Positions 12,068 to 25,540 of a stretch of DNA of 64,000 bases are shown piece after piece (position 1 is the first letter of the stretch; every line of letters begins with the position of its first letter). The stretch lies in the NCBI RefSeq assembly GCF_963921235.1, contig NC_086108.1, positions 104,348,001-104,412,000 on the forward strand. Reading direction: 5' to 3'. Below the pieces are notes generated by a model. It did not search any database. It was not told the DNA's origin and saw nothing but the letters and a program-made list of their open reading frames with translations. The DNA comes from Mobula hypostoma. Its lineage: Eukaryota. Both the position numbers and the translations under genes were made by a program.

Positions 12068-12850
12068 ATGTCTGAGGCCAACAATAGTTCTACTGATCCC
12101 AGCTCCAATGGGTCTGTTTGTACAAAAAACTCTGTATCAGTCACCTTCCCAATTATCTTCATGAGCACGGGGATATTATCCAACAGCATTGCCTTTGTGA
12201 TTCTGGTGAAGGCCTACAAAAGATTTCGGCAAAAATGGAGAGCTGCATTCCTCCTGTTTGCCAGCGGACTAGTCTTCACGGATTGCTTGGGTCATGTCAT
12301 TGCTGGGGCCATAACAGTCAGAGTGTATGCCCTGGACAGGGACTGGGAGAAGCTTGACCCCTCTGGGTATCTCTGCTCTATTTTAGGGACCTGCATGGTT
12401 TTCTTTGGTCTCTCTGCCTTGTTCCTGGGCAGCGTCATGGCATTTGAGCGGTGCCTGGGCATCACGCATCCTTTCCTCCACTCAACCAAGATGACCACCC
12501 GTTGCGCCAAGTTCATCCTGGGATTCACCTGGTTGTTTGCACTGTGCATCGCTCTGCTGCCCAACCTGCACATCGGAGAATATACAGTTCAGTGTACCCA
12601 TACCTGGTGCTTTATAAAAACAGAAGGCGTCTCCTTTGGGAAAGAAAGCGGGATTCTGCTCCTGTTCTCCTTGCTGGGGTTGAGCTCCCTTGGCACCTGC
12701 TTGGTGTGTAACATAATTAGTGGCATCACTTTGGTGAGAGCCTGTGTGAAGAGCAAGTCCCACAGGAAAGGAAAGTCTCAGCATGTGGAAATGTTGGTAC
12801 AGCTGGTGACCATTATGTGTGTCTCCTGTGTCTGCTGGGGTCCATTCTTG
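12068..12850 (+). CDS. PTGFR: Prostaglandin F2-alpha receptor (FP), first coding exon (aa 1-261, TM1-TM6)
   Basis: ORF closely resembles human FP (GILSNS..ILVKAYKRFRQK..FLLFASGLV.TD..GH; MAFERC; HSTK; TWCF; EMLVQL..IMCVSCVCWGPFL). Ends at donor TTG|GTAAGA (intron starts 12851), the conserved TM6 intron position of prostanoid receptors. Probable upstream acceptor (branch-like GCTAAT 11975-11980, TTTCAG ending 11998) gives a 69-nt 5'UTR part. Confidence 0.95.
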
Positions 12851-15794
12851 GTAAGATATTGTATCCTCTATTTCTAATTTTTAAATATTAAGTGTTTGTT
12901 TCCAAATATAACCATATAACAATTACAGCACGGAAACAGGCCATCTCGGCCCTTCTAGTCTGTGCCGAACTCTTACTCTCTCCTAGTCCCACCGACCTGC
13001 ACTCAGCCCATAACCCTCCATTCCTTTCCTGTCCATATATCTATCCAATTTAACTTTAAACGATAACATTGAACCTGCCTCAACCACTTCTGCTGGAAGC
13101 TCGTTCCACACAGCTACCACTCTCTGAGTAAAGAAGTTAATATTATTAATATTAATATTAAAGAAGTTAATAAGTAATAAATATCTGACTCCAAATATTT
13201 ATAAGCACTAAATATTTGACTCCAATTTTTTTCAATGGCCGCACAGCGAGAGTCATAGAGTTGTGATGGATGTCTATCATATTCAACAATGACAGGAAAC
13301 TTGTGCAGATTTTTTAAAGTTGGAAAAGCCATTGCACTGGGTTAGTCCCACTCTCTCAACCTCAGAAGTCTGGGTCCAGTGGTACGAGTAGTCATCACAA
13401 CTGGGGTCTTGCTTGGTTACTATGACAACCCTGACTTCCTGTCATGCCCTTTGCTCTCTACAAAGCTTGGTCAAACCGGTTTTCCCGGATCTCACTGTAG
13501 ATCCTATTTGGCTGCTCTGTTGGAGCTGACTTCACGTGCTAGGATGGGCATGTCCCTATCTCACCTGCTGGCTACCTTCACCTGGTTTAGCCTGCAGTAC
13601 TAGGGTGTGGCTGCTGTCGCACGCAAACACCTACTTGGAGCCACAGGTGAGAGGTATGTGTCCAGTGGGGACCAAAGGTGAGTGAGCTGCCCCTTCACTG
13701 GAGGTGATATCCCTCCCAGGACACCCATACACTCTGTACAGCAAGGAAATAGTCCTTTCAGTTCTAGCTACCTCATTACAGAAGGACGTGGAAGGAAAAT
13801 CACTGAATTGGCAGTGACTATAACGAATTCCAATGATTCCCTAAACCAGTCTTTCCCACATGTTCATCATACGTAGCATAAATCAACTTCATCCAGATAT
13901 CTTCCACCTGGTTTTGTGCCATGCTATCTAGTTCTGGAGATAGATCAGTCTTAAACATGTTCTCTGGTTTATTTTTAACTACTCTGTGAAGAAGATGACG
14001 TTCAAACCACAAGTGTGAAGTGATACACACTCGAAGACAGGGATGATAGAAGGATTCTTAGCAGTGTGGAGGAACAGAGGATTGTTAGAGCCCAAATCCA
14101 TAGACCCTCATATGTGCTGTGCAAGTTGATCAGGTGGTTAAGAAGTCATTTGGTGAGTTGCCCTTCATTAGTCAGGGGATTGAGTTCAAAAGCCTGCTCT
14201 ATAAAACTCCAGTTCGACCACATTTAAATTATTGTGTTCAGTTCTGGTTGCCTCATTATAGGAAGGATATGGGAAGTTTCAGAGAGGTCCAGAGGAGATT
14301 TACCAGGATGCTGCCTGGATTAGAGAGCATGTCTTATTGAGGAAAGGTAGAGCAAGTTAGGCCTTTTCTCTTTGGAGTGGAGTTGTAGAGAGTAGTGGAC
14401 GTGTGGAATGCCTTGGCAGTGGAGGTGATAGAGGTAGAAACATTGAGGACATTGAAGAGCCTCTTAGATAGGCACATGGATGATAGCAAAATGGAGGGTT
14501 ATGTGGGAGGGAAGGTTTAGATTAACCTTAGAATAGGTTAATAGGTCAGCAGAAGGGCCTGTAGTTTTCAATGTTCTATATTGAATTCTGAATATTCACA
14601 GACTAAATAATAGAACAAACTTAAGAATAGAACTTCATTGCTGCTCAGAAAATTATGTGGTTGAGGTAGTGGTTTATAAACAAATATAATGTGTCTTGAG
14701 ACTCCAAGCAAGGAGAGGCTGATGATAGTGGATGCTGGATTACAGGAGGGGGATTTCTAGAGTGGCTATGAGAAGGCTTTTTAGAGCAGCTTGTGGTTGA
14801 GTCCACTAGAGGACTAGCTATTCTGGATTGGGTGTTGTGCACTGAATCAGAATTGATTAGAGAGTTTCAGGTAAAAGAACCCTTGGGTAAGAGATCATAA
14901 TATCATCAAATTCACCCTGAAATTTGAGAAGGAGAAGCTAAAGCCAGATGTATCAGTATTATAGTGGAGTAAAGGAAATTACAGCGGCATAAAAGAGGAG
15001 TTTGCCAGAATTGATTGGAAAAGAACACTGGCAGAGCAGCAATGGCTGGAATTTCTGGAAGCAATTTGGAAGGCACAGGATATATACACCTCGAAGGGGA
15101 AGAAGTATTCAAAAGGAAAGATGACACAACCATGGCTAACACATAACGTCAAAGCCAACATAAAAGCCAAAGAGAGGGCATACAATAGAACAAAGGTTAC
15201 TGGGATGTTAGAGGATTGGGAAGCTTTTAAAACCAACAGAAGGCAACTAAAAATGTAATTAAGAAGTTAAAGATGGAATACAACAATAAGGTAGATAATA
15301 ATATTAAAGAGGATACCCAAAGTTTCTTCAGATACATAAAGTGTAAGGAGAAGGGAGAGTAGATATCAGACTGTTGGAAAACAATGCTGGAGAGGGACAA
15401 GGAAATGGTGGACAAACTGAAAATGTATTTTGCATCAGTTTTCACTGTGGAAGACACGAGCAGTATGTTGGAAGTTCCAGGTGACAGGGGTCATGAAGTG
15501 TATGAAGTTACCATAACTAGAGCGAAGGTTCCTTGGAAACTGAAGGATCTGAAGATAGTTAAGTCATGTAGACCAGATTGTGTACACGCCAGGATTCCGA
15601 AAGAGGTGGCTGAAGAGATTGGGAAGGCAGTAGTAATGATCTTTCAAGGATCACTAGATTCTGGAATGGTTCTTGAAAACTGGAAAATTAGAAAATGTCA
15701 CTCCACTCTTCAAAAAGGGAGAGAGTCAGAAGAAAGGAAATTATAGGCCAGTTAGTCTGACCTCAGTGGATGGGAAGATGTTGAAGTTGATTGT

Positions 15795-16355
15795 TATACT
15801 TTATACTTTATTGTCGCCAAAGAATTGGTACTAGAATGTACAATCATCACAGCGATATTTGATCCTGTGCTTCACACTCCCTTGATTACAAATATTAAAT
15901 ATTAAAGATATTAAAAATAGTTACAATTAGTAAATGTTAAAAATTTAAACTATAAATCATAAATAGAAAATAGAAAAATGGGAAGTAAGGTAGTGCAAAA
16001 AAACCGAGAGGCAGGTCCGGATATTTGGAGGGGACGGCCCAGATCCGGGTCAGGATTCGTTCAGCAGTCTTATCACAGTTGGAAAGAAGCTGTTCCCAAA
16101 TCTGGCTGTACGAGTCTTCAAGCTCCTGAGCCTTCTCCCGGAGGGAAGAGGGACGAAAAGTGTGTCGGCTGGGTGGGTCGTGTCCTTGATTATCCTGGCA
16201 GCACTGCCCCGACAGCATGCGGTGTAAAGTGAGTCCACGGACGGAAGATTAGTTTGTGTGATGTGCTGCGCCGTGTTCACAATCTTCTGCAGCTTCTTTC
16301 GGTCTTGGACAGGACAACTTCCATACCAGGTTATGATGCACCCTAGAAGAATGCT
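15795..16355 (-). mobile_element. Rex1/Babar-type LINE 3' fragment
   Basis: IIKDTTHPADTLFVPLPSGRRLRSLKTRTARFGNSFFP; short-repeat tail. Confidence 0.8.
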
Positions 16356-18528
16356 TATGGATGTGGTTTCAGGGTACGTGGAGGCCCATGATAAAACAGG
16401 GCATAGTCAGCATGCTTTCCTTAAGGGAAAATCTTGCCTGACAAATCTGCTGGAATCCTTTGAAGAAATAAAAATTAGGATAGACAACGGAGAATCTGTT
16501 GATATTATGTACTTGGATTCTCAGAAGCCTTTTGTCAAGGTGCTACACATGAGGCTGCTTAACAAGTTAAGAGCCCATGGTATTACAGGAATGAGTTTAG
16601 CATGGATAAAGCGGTGGTTGATTGGCAGGAGGCAAAAAGTGGGAATAGAGAGAGCCATCTCTGGTTGGCTGCCAGTGACTAGTGGTGTTCCGCAGGGGTC
16701 TGTGTTGGGACTGCTTAGAAACCATAGAAACTACAGCACAGAAACAGGCCCTTTGGCCCTTCTTGGCTGTGCCAAACCATTTTCTGCCTAGTCCCACTGA
16801 CCTGCACATGGACCATATCCCTCCATGCCCCTCCCATCCATGTATCTGTCCAATTTATTCTTAAATGTTAAAAAAGAACCCGCATTTACCACCTCGTCTG
16901 GCAGCTCATTCCATACTCCCACCACTCTCTGTGTGAAGAAGCCCCCCCAATGTTCCCTTTAAACTTTTCCCCCCCTCACCCTAAACCCATGTCCTCTGGT
17001 TTTTTACTCCCCTTGCCTCAGTGGAAAAAACCTGCTTGCATTCACTTTATCTATACCCATCATAATTTTATATACCTCTATCAAATCTCCCCTCATTCTT
17101 CTACGCTCCAGGGAATAAGGTCCCAACCTATTCAACCTTTCTCTGTAACTGAGTTTCTCAAGTCCCGGCAACATCCTTGTAAACCTTCTCTGCACTCTTT
17201 CAACGTTATTTATATCCTTCCTGTAATTTGGTGACCAAAACTGAACACAATACTCCAGATTCAGCCTCACCAATGCCTTATACAACCTCATCATAACATT
17301 CCAGCTCTTATACTCAATACTTTGATTAATAAAGGCTAATGTACCAAAAGCTCTCTTTACGACCCTATCTACCTGTGACGCCACTTTTAGGGAATTTTGT
17401 ATCTGTATTCCCAGATCCCTCTGTTCCACTGCACTCCTCAGTGCCTTACCATTAACCCTGGTTAATGTTCTACCTTGGTTTGTCCTTGCAACGTGCAATA
17501 CCTCACCTTTGTCAGTATTAAACTCCATCTGCCATTTTTCAGCCCATTTTTCCAGCTGGTCCAAGTACCTCTGCAGGCTCTGAAAACCTTCCTCACTGTC
17601 CACTACACCTCCAATCTTTGTATCATCAGCAAACTTGCTGATCCAATTTACCACATTATCATCCAGATCATTGATATAGATGACAAATAACAACGGACCC
17701 AGCACTGATCCCTGTGGCACACCACTAGTCACAGGCCTCCACTGAGAGAAGCAATTCTCTACCACCACTCTCTGGCTTCTTCCATCGAGCCAATGTCTAA
17801 TTCAATTTACCACCTCTCCATGTATAACTAGCGACTGAATTTTCCTAACTAACCTCCCATGCGGGACCTTGTCAAAGGCCTTACTGAAGTCCATGTAGAC
17901 AATATCCACTGCCTTCCCTTCATCCACTTTCCTGGTAACCTCCTCGAAAAACACCAACAGATTGGTCAAACATGACCTACCACACACAAAGCCATGTTGA
18001 CTCTCTCGAATAAGTCCCTGTCTATCCAAGTGCTTGTAGATTCTGTCTCTTAGTACTCCCTACAATAACTTACCTACTACCGACGTTAAACTTACTGGCA
18101 TATAATTTCCCGGATTACTTTTCGATCCTTTTTTAAACAACGGAACAACATGAGCCACTCTCCAATCCTCCGGCACCTCACCTGTAGACAGCGACATTTT
18201 AAATACTTCTGCCAGGGCCCCTGCAATTTCAACACTAGTCTCCTTCAAGGTCCGAGGGAACACCCTGTCAGGTCCCGGGGATTTATCCACTTTAATTTTC
18301 CTCAAGACAGCAAGGACCTCCTCCTTTTCGATCTATACAGTTTCCATGATCTCACTACTTGTTTCCCTTAACTCCATAGACTTCATGCCAGTTTCCTTAG
18401 TAAACACAGACGCAAAAAAACCTATTTAAGATCTCAACAGGAATTCTGCAGATGCTGGAAATTCAAGCTTCATACATCAAAGTTGCTGGTGAACGCAGCA
18501 GGCCAGGCAGCATCTATAGGAAGAGGCG

Positions 18529-18567
18529 CAGTCGACGTTTCAGGCCGAGACCCTTCGTCAGGACTAA
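18529..18567 (-). ncRNA. Minimal hammerhead ribozyme motif
   Basis: Same motif at the 3' terminus of the Penelope-like element. Confidence 0.75.
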
Positions 18568-20736
18568 CTGAAGGAAGAGTGAGTAAGGAATTTGAAAGCT
18601 GGAGGGGGAGGGGGAGATGCAAAATGATAGGAGAAGACAGGAGGGGGAGGGATAGAGCCGAGAGCTGGACAGGTGATAGGCAAAAGGGGATACGAGAGAA
18701 TCATGGGACAGGAGGTCCGGGAAGAAAGACAGGGGGGGGGTGACCCAGAGGATCGGCAAGAGGTATATTCAGAGGGACAGAGGGAGAAAAAGGAGAGTGA
18801 GAGAAAGAATGTGTGCATAAAAATGAGTAACAGATGGGGTATGAGGGGGAGGTGGGGCCTTAGTGGAAGTTAGAGAAGTCAATGTTCGTGCCATCAGGTT
18901 GGAGGCTACCCAGACGGAATATAAGGTGTTGTTCCTCCAACCTGAGTGTGGCTTCATCTTTACAGTAGAGGAGGCCGTGGATAGACATGTCAGAATGGGA
19001 ATGGGATGTGGAATTAAAATGTGTGGCCACTGGGAGATCCTGCTTTCTCTGGCGGACAGAGCGTAGATGTTCAGCAAAGCGGTCTCCCAGTCTGCGTTGG
19101 GTCTCACCAATATATAAAAGGCCACATCGGGAGCACCGGACGCAGTATATCACCCCAGTCGACTCACAGGTGAAGTGATGCCTCACCTGGAAGGACTGTT
19201 TGGGGCCCTGAATGGTGGTAAGGGAGGAAGTGTAAGGGCATGTGTAGCACTTGTTCCGCTTACACGGATAAGTGCCAGGAGGGAGATCAGTGGGGAGGGA
19301 TGGGGGGGACGAATGGACAAGGGAGTTGTGTAGGGAGCGATCCCTGCGGAATGCAGAGAGGGAGGGGAGGGAAAGATGTGCTTAGTGGTGGGATCCCGTT
19401 GGAGGTGGCGGAAGTTACGGAGAATAATATGTTGGACCCGGAGGCTGGTGGGGTGGTAGGTGAGGACCAGGGGAACCCTATTCCTAGTGGGGTGGTGGGA
19501 GGATGGAGTGAGAGCAGATGTACGTGAAATGGGGGAGATGCGTTTAAGAGCAGAGTTGATAGTGGAGGAAGGGAAGCCCCTTTCTTTAAAAAATGAAGAC
19601 ATCTCCCTCATCCTAGAATGAAAAGCCTCATCCTGAGAGCAGATGCGGCGGAGACGGAGGAATTGCGAGAAGGGGATGGCGTTTTTGCAAGAGACAGGGT
19701 GAGAAGAGGAATAGTCCAGATAGCTGTGAGAGTCAGTAGGCTTATAGTAGACATCAGTGGATAAGCTGTCTCCAGAGACAGAGACAGAAAGATCTAGAAA
19801 GGGGAGGGAGGTGTCGGAAATGGACCAGGTAAACTTGAGGGCAGGGTGAAAGTTGGAGGCAAAGTTAATAAAGTCAACGAGTTCTGCATGCGTGAACTCC
19901 AATGGGATCCCACCAGTAAGCACATCTTTCCCTCCCCCCCTCTCTCTGCATTCCGCAGGGATCGCTCCCTACACAACTCCCTTGTCCATTCGTCTCCCCC
20001 ATCCCTCCCCACTGATCTCCCTCCTGGCACTTATCCGTGTAAGCCGAACAAGTGCTACACATGCCCTTACACTTCCTCCCTTACCACCATTCAGGGCCCC
20101 AAACAGTCCTTCCAGGTGAGGCATCACTTCACCTGTGAGTCGACTGGGGTGATATACTGCGTCCGGTGCTCCTGATGTGGCCTTTTATATATTGGTGAGA
20201 CCCGACGCAAACTGGGAGACCGCTTTGCTGAACATCTACGCTCTGTCCGCCAGAGAAAGCAGGATCTCCCAGTGGCCACATATTTTAATTCCACATCCCA
20301 TTCCCATTCTGACATGTCTATCCACGGCCTCCTCTACTGTAAAGATGAAGCCACACTCAGGTTGGAGGAACAACACCTTATATTCCGTCTGGGTAGCCTC
20401 CAACCTGATGGCATGAACATTGACTTCTCTAACTTCTGCTAAGGCCCCACCTCCCCCTCGTACCCCATCTGTTACTCATTTTTATGCACACATTCTTTCT
20501 CTCACTCTCCTTTTTCTCCCTCTGTCCCTCTGAATATACCTCTTGCCCATCCTCTGGGTCACCCCCCCCCTTGTCTTTCTTCCCGGACCTCCTGTCCCAT
20601 GATCCTCTCGTATCCCCTTTTGCCTATCACCTGTCTAGCTCTCGGCTCTATCCCTCCCCCTCCTGTCTTCTCCTATCATTTTGCATCTCCCCCTCCCCCT
20701 CCAGCTTTCAAATCCCTTACTCACTCTTCCTTCAGT

Positions 20737-20774
20737 TAGTCCTGACGAAGGGTCTCGGCCTGAAACGTCGACTG
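20737..20774 (+). ncRNA. Minimal hammerhead ribozyme motif, sense to the PTGFR pre-mRNA
   Basis: TAGTCCTGACGAAGGGTCTCGGCCTGAAACGTCGACTG. Confidence 0.75.
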
Positions 20775-23596
20775 TGCCTCTTCCTATAGATGCTGCTTGG
20801 CCTGCTGCGTTCACCAGCAACTTTGATGTATGTTGCTTCTATTTAAGATCTCCCCCATTTCCTTTGATTCCGCACATAGCCGACCACTCTGATCTTCAAG
20901 AGGACCAATTTTATCCCTCACAATCCTTTTGCTCTTAATATAAATGTAAAAGCTCTTTGGATTATCCTTCACTTTGACTGCCAAGGCAACCTCATGTCTT
21001 CTTTTAGCCCTCCTGATTTCTTTCTTAAGTATTTTCTTGCACTTCTTATACTCCTCAAGCGCCTGATTTACTCCCTGCTTCCTATACGCGTCATACAACT
21101 CCCTCTTCTTCTTTATCAGAGTTGCAATATCCCTTGAGAACCAAGGTTCCTTATTCCTATTCACCTTGCCTTTAACCCTGACAGGAACATACAAATTCTG
21201 CTTCTTTTTATGTTATATGTCATTGACTTGGATGACAGAATTTAGGGCTTTGTTGCAAAATTTGCAGACGATACGGAAATAGGTGGAGGGGCAAGTAGCT
21301 TTGAGGAAGCAGAGAGGCTACAGAAGGACTTAGACAGATTAGGAGAATGGGCAAAGAAATAGCAGATGAAATACAGTGTCGGGAATTGTATGGTTGTATA
21401 CTTTGGTAGAAGAAGTAAAAGGGTAGACTCTTCTAAATGGAGAGAAAATTCTCAATTCTGAGGTGCAGAGGGAGTTCGGAGTCCTCTTGCAGAGTTCCCT
21501 AAATGTTCATTTGCTGGTTGAGTCAGTGGCGAGGAAGGCAAATGTGCAGTTAGTATTCATCTCAAGAGGACCAAAATATAAAAGCAAGGATGTAAAGTTG
21601 AGGCTTTATAAAGTACTGGTGAGGCCTCACTTGGAGTATTGTGAGCAGTTTTGGGCCCCTTATCTTAGAAAGGATGTGCTGACATTGGAGGTGTTCAAAG
21701 GATGTTCATGAAAATGATTCTGGGATTGAAGAGTGTTTAATGTATTCACTGGAATTCAGAAGAATGAGGGGTAACCTTATTGAAACTATCAAATGTTGAA
21801 AGGCTTTGATAGAATGGATATAGCGAGGATGTTTCCCATGGTGGAGGAGACTAAGACCAGAGGATACAGCTTCAGAATAGAGGGGTGTCCCTTTGGGATG
21901 GAGTTGAGGAGGAATTTCTTTAACCAGAGTGTGGTTAAACTGTGGAATTTGTTGCCACGGGCGGAAGTCGAGACAAAGTCATTAGATATATGATTCTTTA
22001 CTGGTCAGGCCATGAATTTATACAGGGAGAAGGCAGGAAATTGGATCAGCCATGATGAAATTAATGGCAGAGCAGACTTGATGGGCCAAATAGCCTAATT
22101 CTGCTCCTATGTCTTATGGTCTTACGGTATATTTAAGGCAGAGATTGATAGAATTTTGATTGGTGGGTGCATGAAGGTATATGGGGAGAAGGCAGGAGAT
22201 TGGGACTGAGAGGAAAAATGGATAAGTTGTGGTGAAATTATGGAGCGGACTCAATGGGCAAAATGGCCTAATTATGCTCCTATATTTTATTGTCTTATGG
22301 TTTTATACAACAGTAAGACCTTAGTGAATCAGCTGAAAGAAAAAATTATTTCTGCACTGCCTTACCACAAGCTTAGGACTTCTAAAATTGTTTTCCAGTG
22401 AACAAAACACCCTACATTCTGGGTTTAATAGAGGAAATTCTGTGGTCATTTTATGGCTTTAGGCCTTTATTCATAGGGATGCAGAAGAATGAGGGATGGC
22501 CTCATTGAAACCTATTGAATGGTGAAAGGCCTTGATAGAGTGGATGTGGAGAGGATGTTTCCTATGGTAGGACTCTCTAAGACCAGAGGACACAGTTACA
22601 GAATAGAGGGGAGTCCTTTTTGAAGGGAGATGACGAGGAATTTCTTTAGCTAGAGATTGGTGAATCTATGGAATTTGATGCACAGGCCTAGTCTTTATTT
22701 ATATATAGCAGAGGTTGATAGATTTTTGATTGGTCAGGGCATGAAGGGATACCGGGGGGAAGGCAAGAGATTGGGGCTGAGAGGAAAAATGGATTAGCCA
22801 TGATGAAATACTGGAGTAGACTCAATGGACCAAATGGCCTATTTCTGCTCCTATATCTTATGGTCTTATATACAACCTTGAGATTCACCTTGCAGGCATT
22901 TGCAGAACAAAATACAACAGAATCCAGAAAAAAAACCCACTCAGCAAAGACCGACAAAAAGTATCCAATGTTTGAAAAAGAAAAAATAGAGTTCAGCCCT
23001 AAGGCGAGTGAAGGAGCAATCCAATGGCTACAGGCCACAGCGGTGGAGCCTATTTAGTGCTGAGGCAGGTGAAGCCAGTCCAGGAGCTCACCGGTCATTC
23101 TCTGCCCTCAGCATCAACACCTTAATCTTTAATCCGGCTCAGCGGTTAAATTGGCTATATATTGTTTCTCACTTTTTGGTCTGGGCCCCATCACTTCAAT
23201 CTGGCTGAAGTCTGCCCTGGCAATGGTGAGCCTTGGCGTGCCTGCATTCTCGGAAGTCCAGTTTGCTGAATCCTTCAGTTGACCGCAAAAATGCCAGTAC
23301 GTTCAGGCGGTTCAAAAGCGCAGCTCCCAAAGGAACATTGCAGCCTATGGATTGCAGAGGTCATAGTCTAGAAGAGGTATATTTCGTATAGAATAGCTAA
23401 TAGTTTTGTGAGCTGCCTGTGAAATATTGCCCTGTATTGTCAGCTCCATCTTAAACATTAAATGGTGGTTTGTCTTTTTTATACCTTTTAAATTATTCTC
23501 ATGAAACTTCGGCTCATTCAGGCAGCTGCTTAATTGGGCCAAAATATACTGGTTCTGATGTGTCCCAATTAACCAGAATCTACTTTATTTTCATAC

Positions 23597-25540
23597 ATGG
23601 AAAATCTAGTCAGGTGGAAGAAGGCAGCATACATGAGGTTTAGGAAGCAGGGATCAGATGGTTCTATTGAGGAATATAGGGCAGCAAGAAAGGAGCTTAA
23701 GAAGGGGCTGAGAAGAGCAAGAAGGGGGCATGAGAAGGCCTTGGCGAGTAGGGTAAAGGAAAAACCCAAGGCATTCTTCAATTATGTGAAGAACAAAAGG
23801 ATGGCAAGAGTGAAGGTAGGACCGATTAGAGATAAAGGTGGGAAGATGTGCCTGGAGGCTGTGGAAATGAGCGAGGTCCTCAATGAATACTTCTCTTCGG
23901 TATTCACCAATGAGAGGGAACTTGATGGTGGTGAGGACAATATGAGTGAGGTTGATGTTCTGGAGCATGTTGATATTAAGGGAGAGGATGTGTTGGAGTT
24001 GTTAAAATGCATTAGGGCGGATAAGTTCCCGGGGCCTGACGGGATGTTCCCCAGGCTGCTCCACGAGGCGAAGGAAGAGATTGCTGACCCTCTGGCTAGG
24101 ATCTTTACGTCCTGGTTATCCACGATAATGGTACCGGAGGATTGGAGGGAGGCGAATGTTGTCCCCTTGTTCAAAAAAGGTAGTAGGGATAGTCCGGGTA
24201 ATTATAGACTAGTGAGCCTTACGTCTGTGGTGGGAAAGCTGTTGGAAAAGATTCTTAGAGATAGGATCTATGGGCATTTAGAGAATCATGGTCTGATCAG
24301 GGACAGTCAGCATGGCTTTGTGAAGGGCAGATCGTGTCTATCAAGCCTGATAGAGTTCTTTGAGGGGGTGACCAGGCATATAGATGAGGGTAGTGCAGTG
24401 GATATGATCTATATGGATTTTAGTAAGGTATTTGACAAGGTTCCACACAGTAGGCTTATTCAGAAAGTCAGAAGGCATGGGATCCAGGGAAGTTTGGCCA
24501 GGTGGATTCAGAATTGGCTTGCCTGCAGAAGGTAGATGGTCGTAGTGGAGGGAGTACATTCAGATTGGAGGATTGTGACTAGTGGTGTCCCACAAGGATC
24601 TGTTCTGGGACCTCTACTTTTCGTGATTTTTATTAACGACCTGGATGTGGGGGTAGAAGGGTGGGTTGGCAAGTTTGCAGACGACACAAAGGTTGGTGGT
24701 GTTGTAGATAGTGTAAAGGATTGTCGAAGATTGCAGAGAGACATTGATATGCAGAAGTGGGCTGAGAAGTGGCAGATGGAGTTCAACCCGGAGAAGTGTG
24801 AGGTGGTACACTTTGGAAGGACAAACTCCAAGGCAGAGTACAAAGTAAATGGCAGGATACTTGGTAGTGTGGAGGAGCAGAGGGATCTTGGGGTACATGT
24901 GCACAGATCCCTGAAAGTTGCCTCACAGCTAGATAGGGTAGTTAAGAAAGCTTATGGGGTGTTAGCTTTCATAAGTCGAGGGATAGAGGTTAAGAGTTGC
25001 GATGTAATGATGCAGCTCTGTAAAACTCTGGTTAAGCCACACTTGGAGTACTGTGTCCAGTTCTGGTCGCCTCACTATAGGAAGGATGTGGAAGGATTGG
25101 AAAGGGTACAGAGGAGATTTACCAGGATGCTGCCTGGTTTAGAGAGTATGGAGCTGGGGCTTTACTCTTTGGAGAGAAGGAGGATGAGAGGAGACATGAT
25201 AAAGGTGTACAAGATATTAGGAGGAATAGATAGAGTGGATAGCCAGCGCCTCTTCCCCAGGGCACCACTGCTCAATACAAGAGGACATGGCTTTAAGGTA
25301 AGGGGTGGGAAGTTCAAGGGGGATATTAGAGGAAGGTTTTTTTACTCAGAGAGTGGTTGGTGCGTGGAATGCACTGCCTGAGTCAGTGGTGGAGGCAGAT
25401 GCACTAGTGAAATTTAAGAGACTATTAGACAGGTATATGGAGGAATTTAAGGTGGAGGGGTTATATGGGAGGCAGGATTTTCAGGTCGGCACAACATTGT
25501 GGGCTGAAGGGCCTGTAATGTGCTGTACTATTCTATGTTC
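23597..25540 (+). mobile_element. CR1 LINE, 5'-truncated ORF2 (RT)
   Basis: ORFs 23597-24535 and 24536-25381 with RT motifs and 3' UTR. Confidence 0.92.

Larger units (their letters stand above)
18436..20838 (-). mobile_element. Penelope-like element, 5'-truncated with an inverted duplication (RT C-terminus and GIY-YIG endonuclease)
   Basis: ORFs 19183-19923 (LPFLDL, TDVYYKPTDSHSYL, IPFSQFLRLRRICS) and 18860-19186 (GVIYCVRCSRCGLLYIGET..RFAEH..EQHLIFRLGSLQPDG.N). Inverted arms ~18467-19404 and ~19897-20837. 14-bp TSD CTATTTAAGATCTC (18422-18435 and 20839-20852). Confidence 0.95.
16717..21197 (-). mobile_element. Younger CR1 LINE (ORF2), interrupted by the Penelope element
   Basis: ORFs 20811-21194, 18060-18305, 17802-18029 and 17004-17768 (PQGSVLGP, KFADD). 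Flanking CTGCTT duplication. Confidence 0.9.
14690..22310 (+). mobile_element. Old CR1 LINE split by nested insertions (pieces ~14690-15795, ~16355-16716, ~21198-22310)
   Basis: ORF2 motifs continue across the insertions: YFASVFT, QHAFLKGKSCLTNL, SGVPQGSVLGLL|..KFADD, VRPHLEYC. Confidence 0.8.

Noticed and set aside
12851..12877. ORF extension VRYCILYF* after TM6
   Set aside because: Read-through into the intron past a canonical GTAAGA donor; the true continuation is at 44240.
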